Source: Alistipes sp.
GTDB lineage: Bacteria; Bacteroidota; Bacteroidia; Bacteroidales; Rikenellaceae
DNA length: 64,000 bases
NCBI GenBank assembly: GCA_022511345.1
Contig: JAFLRR010000009.1
Location: forward strand, 15,442 to 79,441
Reading direction: 5' to 3'
In this document: positions 19,954-29,767 of the stretch, one piece after another
How positions within the stretch are numbered: position 1 is the stretch's first letter
Layout: every line of letters starts with the position of its first letter
Program-made: the position numbers and the translations under genes
The notes under the pieces: generated by a model
What the model was told of the DNA's origin: nothing
Databases searched by the model: none
The model's input: the letters and a program-made list of their open reading frames with translations, nothing else

Positions 19954-22302
19954 CTATTCCATGCGGCGGCGCAGAAGCCGGCCCGCACGGCAGTCGAGCG
20001 TCAGCTCGCGGCCGTCGGCAAGACGAACCACGCAGCGGCAGTCGCGAGGCGAGAGGAGCGTGAACTCCACTACCCTGCCGTCGCGCCAGCGGCAGCCAAC
20101 CTCGACGCCTCCCTGAGCCACAAGGCCGCCGTATGCGCCGTCGGGCCATGCCGAAGGGAGCGCCGGGAGAAGCTCGATGGCTCCGTCATGGCTCTGAAGA
20201 AGCATCTCCATGATGCCGGACGAGCCGCCGAAGTTGCCGTCGATCTGGAAAGGCGGATGGGCGCAAAGCAGGTTGGGATAGGTGCCGCCGCGATGGCGCC
20301 CGTCGGGCATGATTGCAGGCTGAAGCAGGTTGCGCAGCAGACTGTAGGCGCGCTCGCCGTCGCCCGTGCGGGCGCGGAAGTTGACCTTCCAGGCGCGCGA
20401 CCAGCCCGTGCCCCCGTCGCCGCGGCGGTCGAGAGTCACGCGGCACGCCTCAATAAGTTCGGGGGTGCGGCTGCGGGTGATTTCGGTGCCGGGATGCAGG
20501 CCGAAAAGGTGGGATATGTGGCGGTGCTGGACTTCGGCCTCGCGGTAGTCCTCGAGCCACTCCATGAGGTAGCCACCCTGGCTGATGCGGTTGGGCGGCA
20601 GGCGCAGAGCCGCTGAACGAAGACGGCCAGCATAGTCTGAATCGCGGCCGAGGATGTCGGCGGCCGACGCCACGGCGCCGAACAGCTCGCGAACAATCTG
20701 GGAGTCCATGGTGGAGCCCATGCAGACGTAGGTCACGCGGCGGTCGCTCTGGTCGTAGAAGCCGTTCTCGGGCGACGAGGTGGGAGCCGTGACAAGCATG
20801 CCCGACGGCTCCTCGACAAGTATCGAGAGGAAGAAGTCGGCCGCACCGCGCAAAACGGGCCACACCGAGGCGAGCCACTGCTCGTCGAGGGTGTAGAGGT
20901 AGTGCTGCCACAGGTGAAGCGCAAGCCATGCGCCGCCGGTATTGGTAGCTCCCCACGAGGGGTCCTCGGAGGGTGCCGAGAAGTTCCAGGCATTGGCAAG
21001 CACGTGGGCGCACCAGCCGTCGGCACCGTAGAAGCTGCGGGCGGTGCGGGCACCCGACTCGGCAAGGCGGCGCGTGTACTCGAGAAGGGGTTCGTGAAGC
21101 TCGGAGAGATTGCCCTGCTCGGCAATCCAGTGGTTCATCTGGACATTTATATTAAGGTGGTAGTCGCCGCACCAGGGGGTTTTGACGGTATTGGCCCAGA
21201 TGCCCTGAAGGTTGGGAGGCAGCGAGCCGCGGCGGGCCGAGCTGATGAGCAGGTAGCGGCCGTACTGCATGTAGAGCGCAGCGAGCGAGGGGTCGGGCTC
21301 GCCGGAGGCGAAGCGCTCGAGGCGGTCGTCGGTCATCATGCCGCTCATGTCGGGACCCTCCAGCTCAAGCCATACGCGGCCGAACAGACGGCCGAAGGCC
21401 TCGCGGTGGGCACGGACATGTTCGTCGAGACGGCTGGCGCAGGCCGCCGCAAGGCATGAATCGACCCGAGAGCCGTAGTCGTCACGGCCGCCGTAGGAGG
21501 TGGCGGCAGCAAGGTAAACAATGGCCTGGTCGGCACCCGAAACGACAACGCGGCCGTCGCGGCTGCAGAGCGTGCCGCCGTCGCACAGGACTCGCGCACG
21601 GGCCATGTACTTCACTCCCCCGACGCCCGGCTGGCCGCTGTCAAGCTCGCCCGACATGGTGATTGCAGAGCCCTCGGCCGAAACAGAGGCGCGCTCAGGC
21701 CTGTCGAGGCCCACGGAGAAGTCGAGAGCGCCGCGCTCGGAGGAGCGGAGGCGAACGACGACCACATCGGAGGTCATGGAGACGAAATATTCGCGCGTGA
21801 ACTCCACGCCGCCCTTGCTGAAGCGCGTGTAGGCCTCGGCATTGCGCAGGTTAAGGCCTCGCTCGTAGCCGCTAAGCTCGCCCTCGGGCAGAGTGAAGCG
21901 CAAATCGAGGTTGCCGAGCAGCTGGTAGCTGCCGTAGGCCGCCGAGGCGGATCCTCCGCCCGCGCAGACGAAGCGCCGGGCGACCAAATCCTGAGCCTCG
22001 AGATTGCGGCCCTCGAGAAGCAGCCGCCGAATCTCGGGCAGCGAGGCCAGGGCGTCGGGGTTGGAGGTGTCGTACTCGGAGCCGCTCCACATGGACTCCT
22101 CGTTGAGCAGGATGCGTTCGTGGCCGATGCCTCCGTCGGGCATGGCGCCCAGACGTCCGTTGCCTAAAGGAAGGGTTAGCATCCAGATGTCGGCTGGTTC
22201 GTCGTAGCGCAGGACCAGGTCGTCGGGCCGCGCCGAAGCCTCGCCGCTGCAGCCGAACAGAAGCACCGACGAGAACAGAAGTATGAATGTTTTGGCGTGC
22301 AT
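19954..22302 (-). CDS. Glycoside hydrolase family 95 (alpha-L-fucosidase/galactosidase), predicted lipoprotein
   Basis: LPLGNGRLGAM, LLNEESMWSG, YGRYLLISS, NLQGIW, DYHLNINVQMNHW, HRHISHL, PPFQIDGNFG. Lipobox LFGC. Confidence 0.93.
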   Translation of the reverse strand: MHAKTFILLFSSVLLFGCSGEASARPDDLVLRYDEPADIWMLTLPLGNGRLGAMPDGGIGHERILLNEESMWSGSEYDTSNPDALASLPEIRRLLLEGRNLEAQDLVARRFVCAGGGSASAAYGSYQLLGNLDLRFTLPEGELSGYERGLNLRNAEAYTRFSKGGVEFTREYFVSMTSDVVVVRLRSSERGALDFSVGLDRPERASVSAEGSAITMSGELDSGQPGVGGVKYMARARVLCDGGTLCSRDGRVVVSGADQAIVYLAAATSYGGRDDYGSRVDSCLAAACASRLDEHVRAHREAFGRLFGRVWLELEGPDMSGMMTDDRLERFASGEPDPSLAALYMQYGRYLLISSARRGSLPPNLQGIWANTVKTPWCGDYHLNINVQMNHWIAEQGNLSELHEPLLEYTRRLAESGARTARSFYGADGWCAHVLANAWNFSAPSEDPSWGATNTGGAWLALHLWQHYLYTLDEQWLASVWPVLRGAADFFLSILVEEPSGMLVTAPTSSPENGFYDQSDRRVTYVCMGSTMDSQIVRELFGAVASAADILGRDSDYAGRLRSAALRLPPNRISQGGYLMEWLEDYREAEVQHRHISHLFGLHPGTEITRSRTPELIEACRVTLDRRGDGGTGWSRAWKVNFRARTGDGERAYSLLRNLLQPAIMPDGRHRGGTYPNLLCAHPPFQIDGNFGGSSGIMEMLLQSHDGAIELLPALPSAWPDGAYGGLVAQGGVEVGCRWRDGRVVEFTLLSPRDCRCVVRLADGRELTLDCRAGRLLRRRME

Positions 22303-22392
22303 AGTGCAAAGATAGGCAATTGCGGATAATTCGCCGCATAAGAGTTCGCGTTTTGATTAACTTTTCATATCTTTGCACCACGAGCAGATTTT

Positions 22393-24306
22393 ATGGAAAA
22401 GTTCATCGTCAGCGCACGAAAATACCGTCCCGCGACATTCGCATCGGTCGTAGGACAGAAACATATAACTTCGACGCTCAAAAATGCAATAGAGCGCAAC
22501 CAGCTCGCGCACGCATATCTGTTCTGCGGCCCGCGAGGCGTGGGAAAGACGACCTGCGCGCGAATATTCGCCAAGGCGATAAACTGTCTGAACCCAACGG
22601 GCGCCGAGGCTTGCAACGAATGCGAATCGTGCCGCAGCTTCAACGACGGCCGCTCGCTGAACATACACGAGCTCGACGCTGCTTCGAACAACTCGGTAGA
22701 CGACATCAGAACGCTCATAGAGCAGGTGCGGATAATCCCGCAGTCGGGCCGGTACTCGGTATTCATAATCGACGAGGTGCACATGCTCTCGGCGGCGGCA
22801 TTCAACGCATTCCTCAAAACGCTCGAGGAGCCGCCCGCACACGCCATATTCATCCTGGCGACAACCGAAAAGCACAAAATAATACCGACGATTCTGTCGC
22901 GCTGCCAAATCTACGACTTCAACCGCATCAGAGTCGAGGATTCGGTCGAATATCTCAAATACATAGCTGCACAGGAGGGAATAACATCGGACGACGAGTC
23001 GCTGAACCTCATAGCGCAGAAGGCTGACGGAGGTATGCGCGACGCGCTGTCGATGTTCGACAAGGCCGTATCGTTCTGCGGACAGACGCTCGACTACCGC
23101 GAAGTGGCCAAAACGCTCAACGTGCTCGACTACGACACCTATTTCAGAATAACGGACCTGCTGCTCGGCGGCGACTACCGCTCGGCGCTGCTGGAGTTCG
23201 ACTCGGTGCTCGGCCGCGGATTCTCGGCGCAGACATTCGTGACGGGATTCAACAAGCATCTGCGCGACCTGCTGGTGGCCAAAGACCGTGCGACGCTCCA
23301 TCTGATGGAGATGACAGGCACGCTGCTGGAGCGATACTGCTCGCAGGGCGGGCGATGCGAGGCGGATTTCATATTCGGCGGAATGTCTCTGCTGACCGAA
23401 ACGGACGGAAAGCTGAGGATGTCATCGAACCAGAGACTGCTGGTGGAACTCACGCTGATGAAAATCGCCGGCATGGGTCAAAAAAAAAATAGCGGACCCG
23501 ACCTCCCGTTAGCGGATTTCACGGCCGAACAACCTCGCAGACAGACTCAAAGCGAATCGCCACAGGCTCAGGAGGCAGCACATGTTAAGGCTCAGGAGGC
23601 GCCGGTTGCAGAGACGGCGGCGCTGAAGGCTCAGGCTGTGCCGGCTGAGGCACCGGTTGCGGAGCAGGCTGCAGCGAAACCTGCAGAAACGGCGGCCACG
23701 ACGGCTGTTGCGGCACCGGCTGCACAGGTACAGGCTGCGACTCAGTCTGCCGAAACGGCCTCTGCGACGGCGTTGCAGGCGGATATAAAGGCCGAGGAGT
23801 CGCGGCAGCAGAGCACGGCAGCCAGGGCGGCAAGACGGCCGTCGGTGTCGGGAACGTCGATTTCGTCGCTGCTGAACATGGCTCCGGCCGACAGCGACAA
23901 CGGCAGCGACAGCGAGCCGAAAGAGGCGGCGACGGTTGCACTGACGGTAGACCCGCAGGCCGGACAGAAGCTCGCGGCGGCCCGCAACACGATATATGAA
24001 GAGATAAGGCGCAAGCGGCCGCGCTTCACGGCTGCATTCGAGAATATGGCATTCGACGGCAGCGTAATAAAGCTCAGGGTGCCCTCGCAGGCGCTGTGCG
24101 ACGAGATACTGCGCACCAAGATGGAGCTGCTGACGCGCATAGCCGAGATGGCAAAAGTCAGCGGCTCGCTGGAGATGGAGGTGACTGTCGACGAGAGCAT
24201 CAAGGCCTCGAAACCCATAAAGCTCGAGGACAGACTGAAATACATAACTGAAAAGAATCCGCTCGTGGCCGACCTGCGCAAGGCACTCGACCTGGACATG
24301 GAGTAG
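22393..24306 (+). CDS. dnaX: DNA polymerase III subunit gamma/tau
   Basis: ARKYRP, GPRGVGKTT, CNECESC, ELDAASN, IIDEVHML, FLKTLEEPP, SRC, GGMRDALS. Confidence 0.97.
   Translation: MEKFIVSARKYRPATFASVVGQKHITSTLKNAIERNQLAHAYLFCGPRGVGKTTCARIFAKAINCLNPTGAEACNECESCRSFNDGRSLNIHELDAASNNSVDDIRTLIEQVRIIPQSGRYSVFIIDEVHMLSAAAFNAFLKTLEEPPAHAIFILATTEKHKIIPTILSRCQIYDFNRIRVEDSVEYLKYIAAQEGITSDDESLNLIAQKADGGMRDALSMFDKAVSFCGQTLDYREVAKTLNVLDYDTYFRITDLLLGGDYRSALLEFDSVLGRGFSAQTFVTGFNKHLRDLLVAKDRATLHLMEMTGTLLERYCSQGGRCEADFIFGGMSLLTETDGKLRMSSNQRLLVELTLMKIAGMGQKKNSGPDLPLADFTAEQPRRQTQSESPQAQEAAHVKAQEAPVAETAALKAQAVPAEAPVAEQAAAKPAETAATTAVAAPAAQVQAATQSAETASATALQADIKAEESRQQSTAARAARRPSVSGTSISSLLNMAPADSDNGSDSEPKEAATVALTVDPQAGQKLAAARNTIYEEIRRKRPRFTAAFENMAFDGSVIKLRVPSQALCDEILRTKMELLTRIAEMAKVSGSLEMEVTVDESIKASKPIKLEDRLKYITEKNPLVADLRKALDLDME
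23480..23492 (+). other. A10 slippery run in dnaX with TAG in the -1 frame
   Basis: GGT CAA AAA AAA AAT AGC. One extra A gives CAA AAA AAA AAA TAG. Confidence 0.75.
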
Positions 24307-24335
24307 AAAAAAATAGATGAAGAAAAAATGAAAAT

Positions 24336-25628
24336 ATGGCAAACAAGGATTTCATAAAGGAACTCGAATGGCGCGGCATGATTCACACCATCATGCCCGG
24401 CGCCGAGGAGCAGCTCGAAAAGGGCATGACCACGGCTTATCTGGGAATAGACCCCACGGCCGACTCGCTGCACATAGGTCATCTGGTGGGAGTGATGATT
24501 CTGAAGCACTTCCAGATGTGCGGCCACAGGCCGCTGGCATTGGTGGGCGGCGCAACGGGAATGATTGGCGACCCGAGCGGAAAGTCGCAGGAGCGCAACC
24601 TGCTCGACGAGGCGACGTTGCGTCACAATCAGGAGGCCATCAAACGCCAGCTCTCGAAACTGCTCGACTTCGAATCGGACGCTCCGAACGCCGCCAAGAT
24701 GGTCAACAACTACGACTGGATGAAGGACTTCACATTCCTGGACTTCATTCGCGACATAGGCAAGCTCATAACCGTGAACTACATGATGGCCAAAGATTCG
24801 GTCAAAAAGCGCTTCAACGGCGAGGGTGACGGAATGTCGTTCACCGAGTTCACATACCAGTTAGTGCAGGGATACGACTTCCTGCACCTCTACCAGACCG
24901 AGAACTGCCGCATTCAGCTCGGAGGCTCGGACCAGTGGGGAAACATAACCACCGGAACGGAACTCATACGCCGAAAGCTGGACGGCGAGGCTTATGCCAT
25001 AACCTGCCCGCTCATAACCAAGGCCGACGGTACCAAGTTCGGCAAGACCGAGAGCGGAAACGTATGGCTCGATGCCCGATACACGTCGCCATACAAGTTC
25101 TATCAGTTCTGGCTCAATGTAGGCGACGACGACGCCAAGCGTTACATCAAGATATTCACGCTGCTGGACCGCGAGACGGTCGAGAAGCTCATTGCCGAGC
25201 ATGAGACGGCACCCCACCTGCGCGTGCTGCAGAAGCGTCTGGCCGAGGAGATTACCACCATGATTCACTCGCGCCAGGAGTACGAGAAGGCGGTCGAGGC
25301 GTCGCAGATTCTGTTCGGCGGCGCGACCTCCGAGGCTCTGCACCGTCTGGACGAGCAGACGCTGCTGCAGGTGTTCGAGGGAGTGCCCCAGTTCACCGTG
25401 GCGCGGGAGGAGCTCGGGGTGTCGATTGTCGACCTGTGCGCCTACAAGACGCAGATATTCCCATCGAAGGGCGAGTGCCGCAAGATGATTCAGGGCGGCG
25501 GCGTGGCCCTCAACAAGGAGAAGGTGGCCGACCCGATGCGGTCCGTCACCGAAGAGGACCTCATAGCAGGCAAATATCTGCTCGTGCAGCGAGGAAAGAA
25601 GAACTACTACCTGATAACGGTCGAGTAA
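24336..25628 (+). CDS. tyrS: Tyrosine--tRNA ligase
   Basis: [30 protein letters not shown]-terminal S4 domain ending RGKKNY. Confidence 0.98.
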   Translation: MANKDFIKELEWRGMIHTIMPGAEEQLEKGMTTAYLGIDPTADSLHIGHLVGVMILKHFQMCGHRPLALVGGATGMIGDPSGKSQERNLLDEATLRHNQEAIKRQLSKLLDFESDAPNAAKMVNNYDWMKDFTFLDFIRDIGKLITVNYMMAKDSVKKRFNGEGDGMSFTEFTYQLVQGYDFLHLYQTENCRIQLGGSDQWGNITTGTELIRRKLDGEAYAITCPLITKADGTKFGKTESGNVWLDARYTSPYKFYQFWLNVGDDDAKRYIKIFTLLDRETVEKLIAEHETAPHLRVLQKRLAEEITTMIHSRQEYEKAVEASQILFGGATSEALHRLDEQTLLQVFEGVPQFTVAREELGVSIVDLCAYKTQIFPSKGECRKMIQGGGVALNKEKVADPMRSVTEEDLIAGKYLLVQRGKKNYYLITVE

Positions 25629-25629
25629 A

Positions 25630-26010
25630 ATGGAGTATGTCATAACGCTCTCGGAGTGCGAGTTCCGCGCACGCCACGGCTGCTACGAGCTGGAGCGCAA
25701 GGTGGGCGGAAAGTTCATCGTGGACCTGAAGATAACGGCCGAAATGGGCCAGGCCGCAGAACGCGACGACGTGAAGGCTACGGTGAGCTATTTAGAGGCA
25801 TATGAGGTGGTCAGTGAGCAGATGCAGATAACGCAGCACACCATAGAGCGCGTGGCGGAGAACATAATCGGAGCGTTGTATGAGCGTTTCCCGCAAATCA
25901 GGGCAATATCGTGCACCGTGGCAAAGGTAGCTCCGCCGCTGGGCGGCAAGGTGGCTCGCGCGGCGGTCACGCTGGAGATTCAGAACCCGAAATCAGGGGC
26001 CCGGAGCTGA
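25630..26010 (+). CDS. folB: Dihydroneopterin aldolase
   Basis: FRARHGCYELERKVGGKFIVDL, TVSY, TIERVAENI, VAKVAPPLGG. Confidence 0.92.
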   Translation: MEYVITLSECEFRARHGCYELERKVGGKFIVDLKITAEMGQAAERDDVKATVSYLEAYEVVSEQMQITQHTIERVAENIIGALYERFPQIRAISCTVAKVAPPLGGKVARAAVTLEIQNPKSGARS

Positions 26011-26132
26011 GCGGCCGGGTACAGATGAAAAAAGGTCTGCGCAATGCAGGCCTTTTTATTCAATTATTGTATCTTTGCAGCGTGTTATGTCGCAAAAGAC
26101 ACGAACGGTTACAAAATTAGGTTATTGAGAAA

Positions 26133-27491
26133 ATGGTTGACAACTCCAAACGTGCCACATTCGGAGGCAAACTGAGCGCCGTGCTCGTATCGGCCGGAGG
26201 AGCCGTAGGTTTGGGAAACATCTGGCGATTCCCATATGTGGCGGGCGAAAACGGCGGCGGAGCCTTTCTGGTTTTATATATCGTATGCGCCATACTGATA
26301 GGTCTGCCGATAATGCTCGGCGAGTTCTCGATAGGACGGCAGACAAAGAGCAATCCCGTGGGCGCATTCCGCTCGCTGAACAAGAGCTGGCGGTATTTCG
26401 GATACAACTGCATTGTGACATCGTTCCTGATTCTGGGATTCTACAGCGTGGTGTCGGGATGGACCATAGAGTACACCGTACACTCGGTAACGGGTGAAAT
26501 AACCCGCCACGCATCGGCCGGAGAACATGCCGCATTCTTCTCGTCGTTCATCGAAAACCCCTGGAAGCCCGTGGTATACACCTCGATAGCGATGCTGCTG
26601 ACACACACCGTAATAGCACTGGGCGTGCGCAAGGGAATCGAGCGCTGCTCGAAGATTCTGATGCCCGTGCTGCTGCTGATGCTCGCGGTGCTCGCGGTAA
26701 GGTCGCTGACAATGCCCGGAGGCGCCGAGGGTGTGAAATTCTTCCTGATGCCCGACTTCTCGAAGGTGACGGCCAGAACGCTGCTCGACGCAATGGGTCA
26801 GGCATTCTTCTCGCTGTCGATAGGTCTGGGTACGATGGTAACTTATGCGTCATACTTCAACGAAAAGACCAACCTGCGCACAACGGCGGTGAATGTGACA
26901 GTCATAGACACGCTGGTGGCCGTGCTGGCCGGACTGGTGATATTCCCGGCGGTGTTCTCGGCCGGAATAGAGCCCTCGGCAGGTTCGTCGCTCGTATTCA
27001 TAACGCTGCCGGGAATATTCGCCTCGATGCCGCTCGGAATGGTGTGGTCGTCGCTATTCTTCCTGCTGCTGACGGTGGCCGCCCTCACGTCGGTCATATC
27101 GCTGCACGAGGTGGTGACGGTATACATTGCCGAAGAGTGGCACATGAGCCGCAAGGCCGCAACGCGGCTGGCGACACTGTCGGTGATAGCCGTGGGCTCG
27201 CTGGCATCGCTGTCGCTCGGAGTGATGAAGCACTGGACCATATTCGGCAAGACGATATTCGACGCGCTCGACTATGTGACGGCAAACATAATGCTGCCGC
27301 TGGGCGGCTTGATGACGGCCATATTCGTCGGCGTGGTCATAGACCGCAGGGTGCTGCACGACCAGCTGACCAACTTCGGCAAGCTGCAATGCCACCAGGA
27401 GCGGACTGTAAGATTTCTGCTGAGATATGTCTGCCCCATAATGCTGGCGTTGATTTTTATAGACAATCTGGGGCTGCTGAAGTGGATTTAG
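26133..27491 (+). CDS. Sodium-dependent transporter (NSS/SNF family)
   Basis: AGGAVGLGNIWRFPY...NGGGAF, GQAFFSLSIG, SLVFITLP, multiple TM segments. Confidence 0.95.
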   Translation: MVDNSKRATFGGKLSAVLVSAGGAVGLGNIWRFPYVAGENGGGAFLVLYIVCAILIGLPIMLGEFSIGRQTKSNPVGAFRSLNKSWRYFGYNCIVTSFLILGFYSVVSGWTIEYTVHSVTGEITRHASAGEHAAFFSSFIENPWKPVVYTSIAMLLTHTVIALGVRKGIERCSKILMPVLLLMLAVLAVRSLTMPGGAEGVKFFLMPDFSKVTARTLLDAMGQAFFSLSIGLGTMVTYASYFNEKTNLRTTAVNVTVIDTLVAVLAGLVIFPAVFSAGIEPSAGSSLVFITLPGIFASMPLGMVWSSLFFLLLTVAALTSVISLHEVVTVYIAEEWHMSRKAATRLATLSVIAVGSLASLSLGVMKHWTIFGKTIFDALDYVTANIMLPLGGLMTAIFVGVVIDRRVLHDQLTNFGKLQCHQERTVRFLLRYVCPIMLALIFIDNLGLLKWI

Positions 27492-27637
27492 GCGCTTGTA
27501 CAGAGCCAGATGCCGGGGCCGGATGCTGCAACATTCGGCCCCGGCGTTTTGAGTTGTCGGAATAATTGCGTATATTTGTCGAAATGGAGCCCGCACGCGG
27601 GCCACGGACTGAAAAACAAACAAAAACCGAGACAAAT

Positions 27638-29137
27638 ATGTTAAAGCAACCCAAAGGTTTGATTGCAGCCGCGCTCGCCAACACCGGCGAACGGTTCGGC
27701 TTCTACACGATGATGGCCATCCTGACGCTGTTCCTGATGTCGAAATTCGGCATCGACGGCGAGCAGGCCGGCAAAATCTACTCGTTCTTCTACACCTCCA
27801 TTTACATCCTGGCTCTGGTCGGAGGTCTTATAGCCGACCGCCTGCGCAACTACAAGGGTGTAATCACGGCCGGAATAGCCGTAATGACGCTGGGATATGT
27901 GGTGCTGATGATTCCGTCGATTCAGTCCAAGGCCGCAATCATCGGCGCACTGATGATCATAGCCTTCGGAAACGGCCTGTTCAAGGGCAACCTCCAGGCG
28001 CTCGTGGGTCAGCTCTATGACAACGAACAGTATGCCAAGCTGCGCGACACGGGATTCCAAATCTTCTACATGTTCATAAACATCGGCGCAATGGTGGCTC
28101 CGTTCGCCGCTGTCGGCGTACGCAACTGGTGGCTCCGCTCGCAGGGATACCTCTACAACTCCGACCTGTCGGCTCTCTGCCACCAGTATATCGGCGGCGG
28201 AATGTCGACCGAAGTGGCCGAGGGACGATTCGCCGACCTGGCGGCTCAGGTGAGCCTGAACGGCGCCCCGGCAGACCTGTCGGTGTTCGCGACGGACTAC
28301 CTCAACGCATTCAACACCGGATTCCATTACGCATTCGGCGTGGCCATAGCCGCAATGCTCTTCTCGCTGGTGATATTCCTGGCCAACAAGAGCAAGCTGC
28401 CCGACCCGAAGGGTGCCGGCGCGGCAGGCAACGGCGTGACCAAAGAGGAGGTGCAGCAGTCGGCACGCGAAATAAAGCAGCGTCTGTATGCACTGTTCGC
28501 AGTATTTGCGATAGTTATCTTCTTCTGGTTCTCGTTCCACCAGAACGGATTGACGCTCACGCTGTTCGCACAGGATTACACGCATCTCGAAATATTCGGC
28601 ATACCCATCTCGGCCGAGATTTTCCAGTCGGCAAACCCGATTTGCGTAGTGGTGCTCACACCCGTTATCATAGGCATATTCGCTGCACTGCGCCAGCGCG
28701 GCAAAGAGCCCTCGACCCCGCTCAAAATCGCTATCGGCATGGGTATCGCGGCATTCGCATATGTGCTCATGGCTGTCGGCTCGCTCGGACTGCCGAAGCT
28801 GGCCGAGGTGCAGGCTCAGGGCGGTCTGGCCGACGCGGAGCGAGTGACTCCGTGGCTGCTGGCGGCGACCTATCTGATTCTGACCGTGGCCGAGCTCTTC
28901 ATCTCGCCCCTGGGTCTGTCGTTCGTATCGAAAGTGGCTCCGCAGAAGCTGCAGGGACTCATGCAGGGATGCTGGTTAGGCGCCACGGCTCTGGGCAACG
29001 GACTGCTCTTCCTCGGCCCGATTCTCTACAACAACATCTCGATTTCGGCTACGTGGTGCGTATTCGTTACCGTCTGCGGAATCTCGATGGTGGCGATGCT
29101 CGCCATGGTAAAGTGGCTCGAGCGCGTGACGGCATAA
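27638..29137 (+). CDS. POT/PTR family proton-dependent oligopeptide transporter
   Basis: GERFGFYTM (ExxERFxYY-like), GNGLFKGN, FYMFINIG, AELFISPLGLS. Start at ATG 27638. Confidence 0.93.
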   Translation: MLKQPKGLIAAALANTGERFGFYTMMAILTLFLMSKFGIDGEQAGKIYSFFYTSIYILALVGGLIADRLRNYKGVITAGIAVMTLGYVVLMIPSIQSKAAIIGALMIIAFGNGLFKGNLQALVGQLYDNEQYAKLRDTGFQIFYMFINIGAMVAPFAAVGVRNWWLRSQGYLYNSDLSALCHQYIGGGMSTEVAEGRFADLAAQVSLNGAPADLSVFATDYLNAFNTGFHYAFGVAIAAMLFSLVIFLANKSKLPDPKGAGAAGNGVTKEEVQQSAREIKQRLYALFAVFAIVIFFWFSFHQNGLTLTLFAQDYTHLEIFGIPISAEIFQSANPICVVVLTPVIIGIFAALRQRGKEPSTPLKIAIGMGIAAFAYVLMAVGSLGLPKLAEVQAQGGLADAERVTPWLLAATYLILTVAELFISPLGLSFVSKVAPQKLQGLMQGCWLGATALGNGLLFLGPILYNNISISATWCVFVTVCGISMVAMLAMVKWLERVTA

Positions 29138-29156
29138 GAAAAAGAAGTCAGACAAA

Positions 29157-29190
29157 ACACGGCTCTCCCCAATGCGGGGAGGGCCGTGTT
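29157..29190 (+). terminator. Terminator-like hairpin after the POT gene
   Basis: ACACGGCTCTCCC.../...GGGAGGGCCGTGT stem. Confidence 0.75.
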
Positions 29191-29420
29191 CGTATTAAAG
29201 GACAGCTTCGGATATTAGTTAGGATGCTGTCCGAGGCCTTATAGGCAGGTGATTACGGTAAACCGCCCGGAGCAGCATCAGCTGCTCCGGGATTTTATTT
29301 GCTCGCATTCAGGCTCGCAGAGGATGCTCAATGAACCGCTGGCCGCAAAGCGGCCGTGAGGACATGTTAAAAAGATATTAAAAATCGGGCGGGCGTATTG
29401 CGCAGACGGAATATTTGAAT

Positions 29421-29428
29421 TATCTTTG
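29421..29428 (+). promoter_or_regulatory. -7 promoter element upstream of the TonB-receptor leader
   Basis: TATCTTTG, with ATTG ending 20 nt upstream. Confidence 0.65.
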
Positions 29429-29577
29429 CGACCGTTAAGAGCAGAGTCTGCGACAAATTGTGTTATGCTTATGATTGCGGCAAATAATGGTATGGAGAAG
29501 CGCCGATATTGCAATGTTGCGATGTCGAGCAAGTTCCGACGCCGCAATTGCGTGTACACGCTTGTTTAATGAAATAA

Positions 29578-29620
29578 GAGAGGGAGCGCCCGCGTTAGGG
29601 TCGCTCCCTCTCCACTTTTT
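29578..29620 (+). terminator. Terminator-like hairpin inside the 5' leader of the TonB-dependent receptor
   Basis: GAGAGGGAGCG/CGCTCCCTCTC stem with an inner CCC/GGG, followed by CACTTTTT. Confidence 0.7.
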
Positions 29621-29767
29621 CGCCGGGGTGAAAAAGGCCCCGAAAAAAGGATGAGGCGGCAAGTCCGAATCCGGGCGGAAAAGCAAGGAGAGCAGGACGA
29701 TGCCCGGATGTTGGATCGATTGGAATGAAACGGACAAACTTTATTTATTAACTTAAAAATCGTATTT

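Noticed and set aside
29430-29767. Known riboswitch (cobalamin, TPP, SAM) upstream of the TonB receptor
   Set aside because: I could not find the hallmark conserved segments (e.g. GGGAA...GCCACTG or CTGAGA). Left as an unassigned leader.
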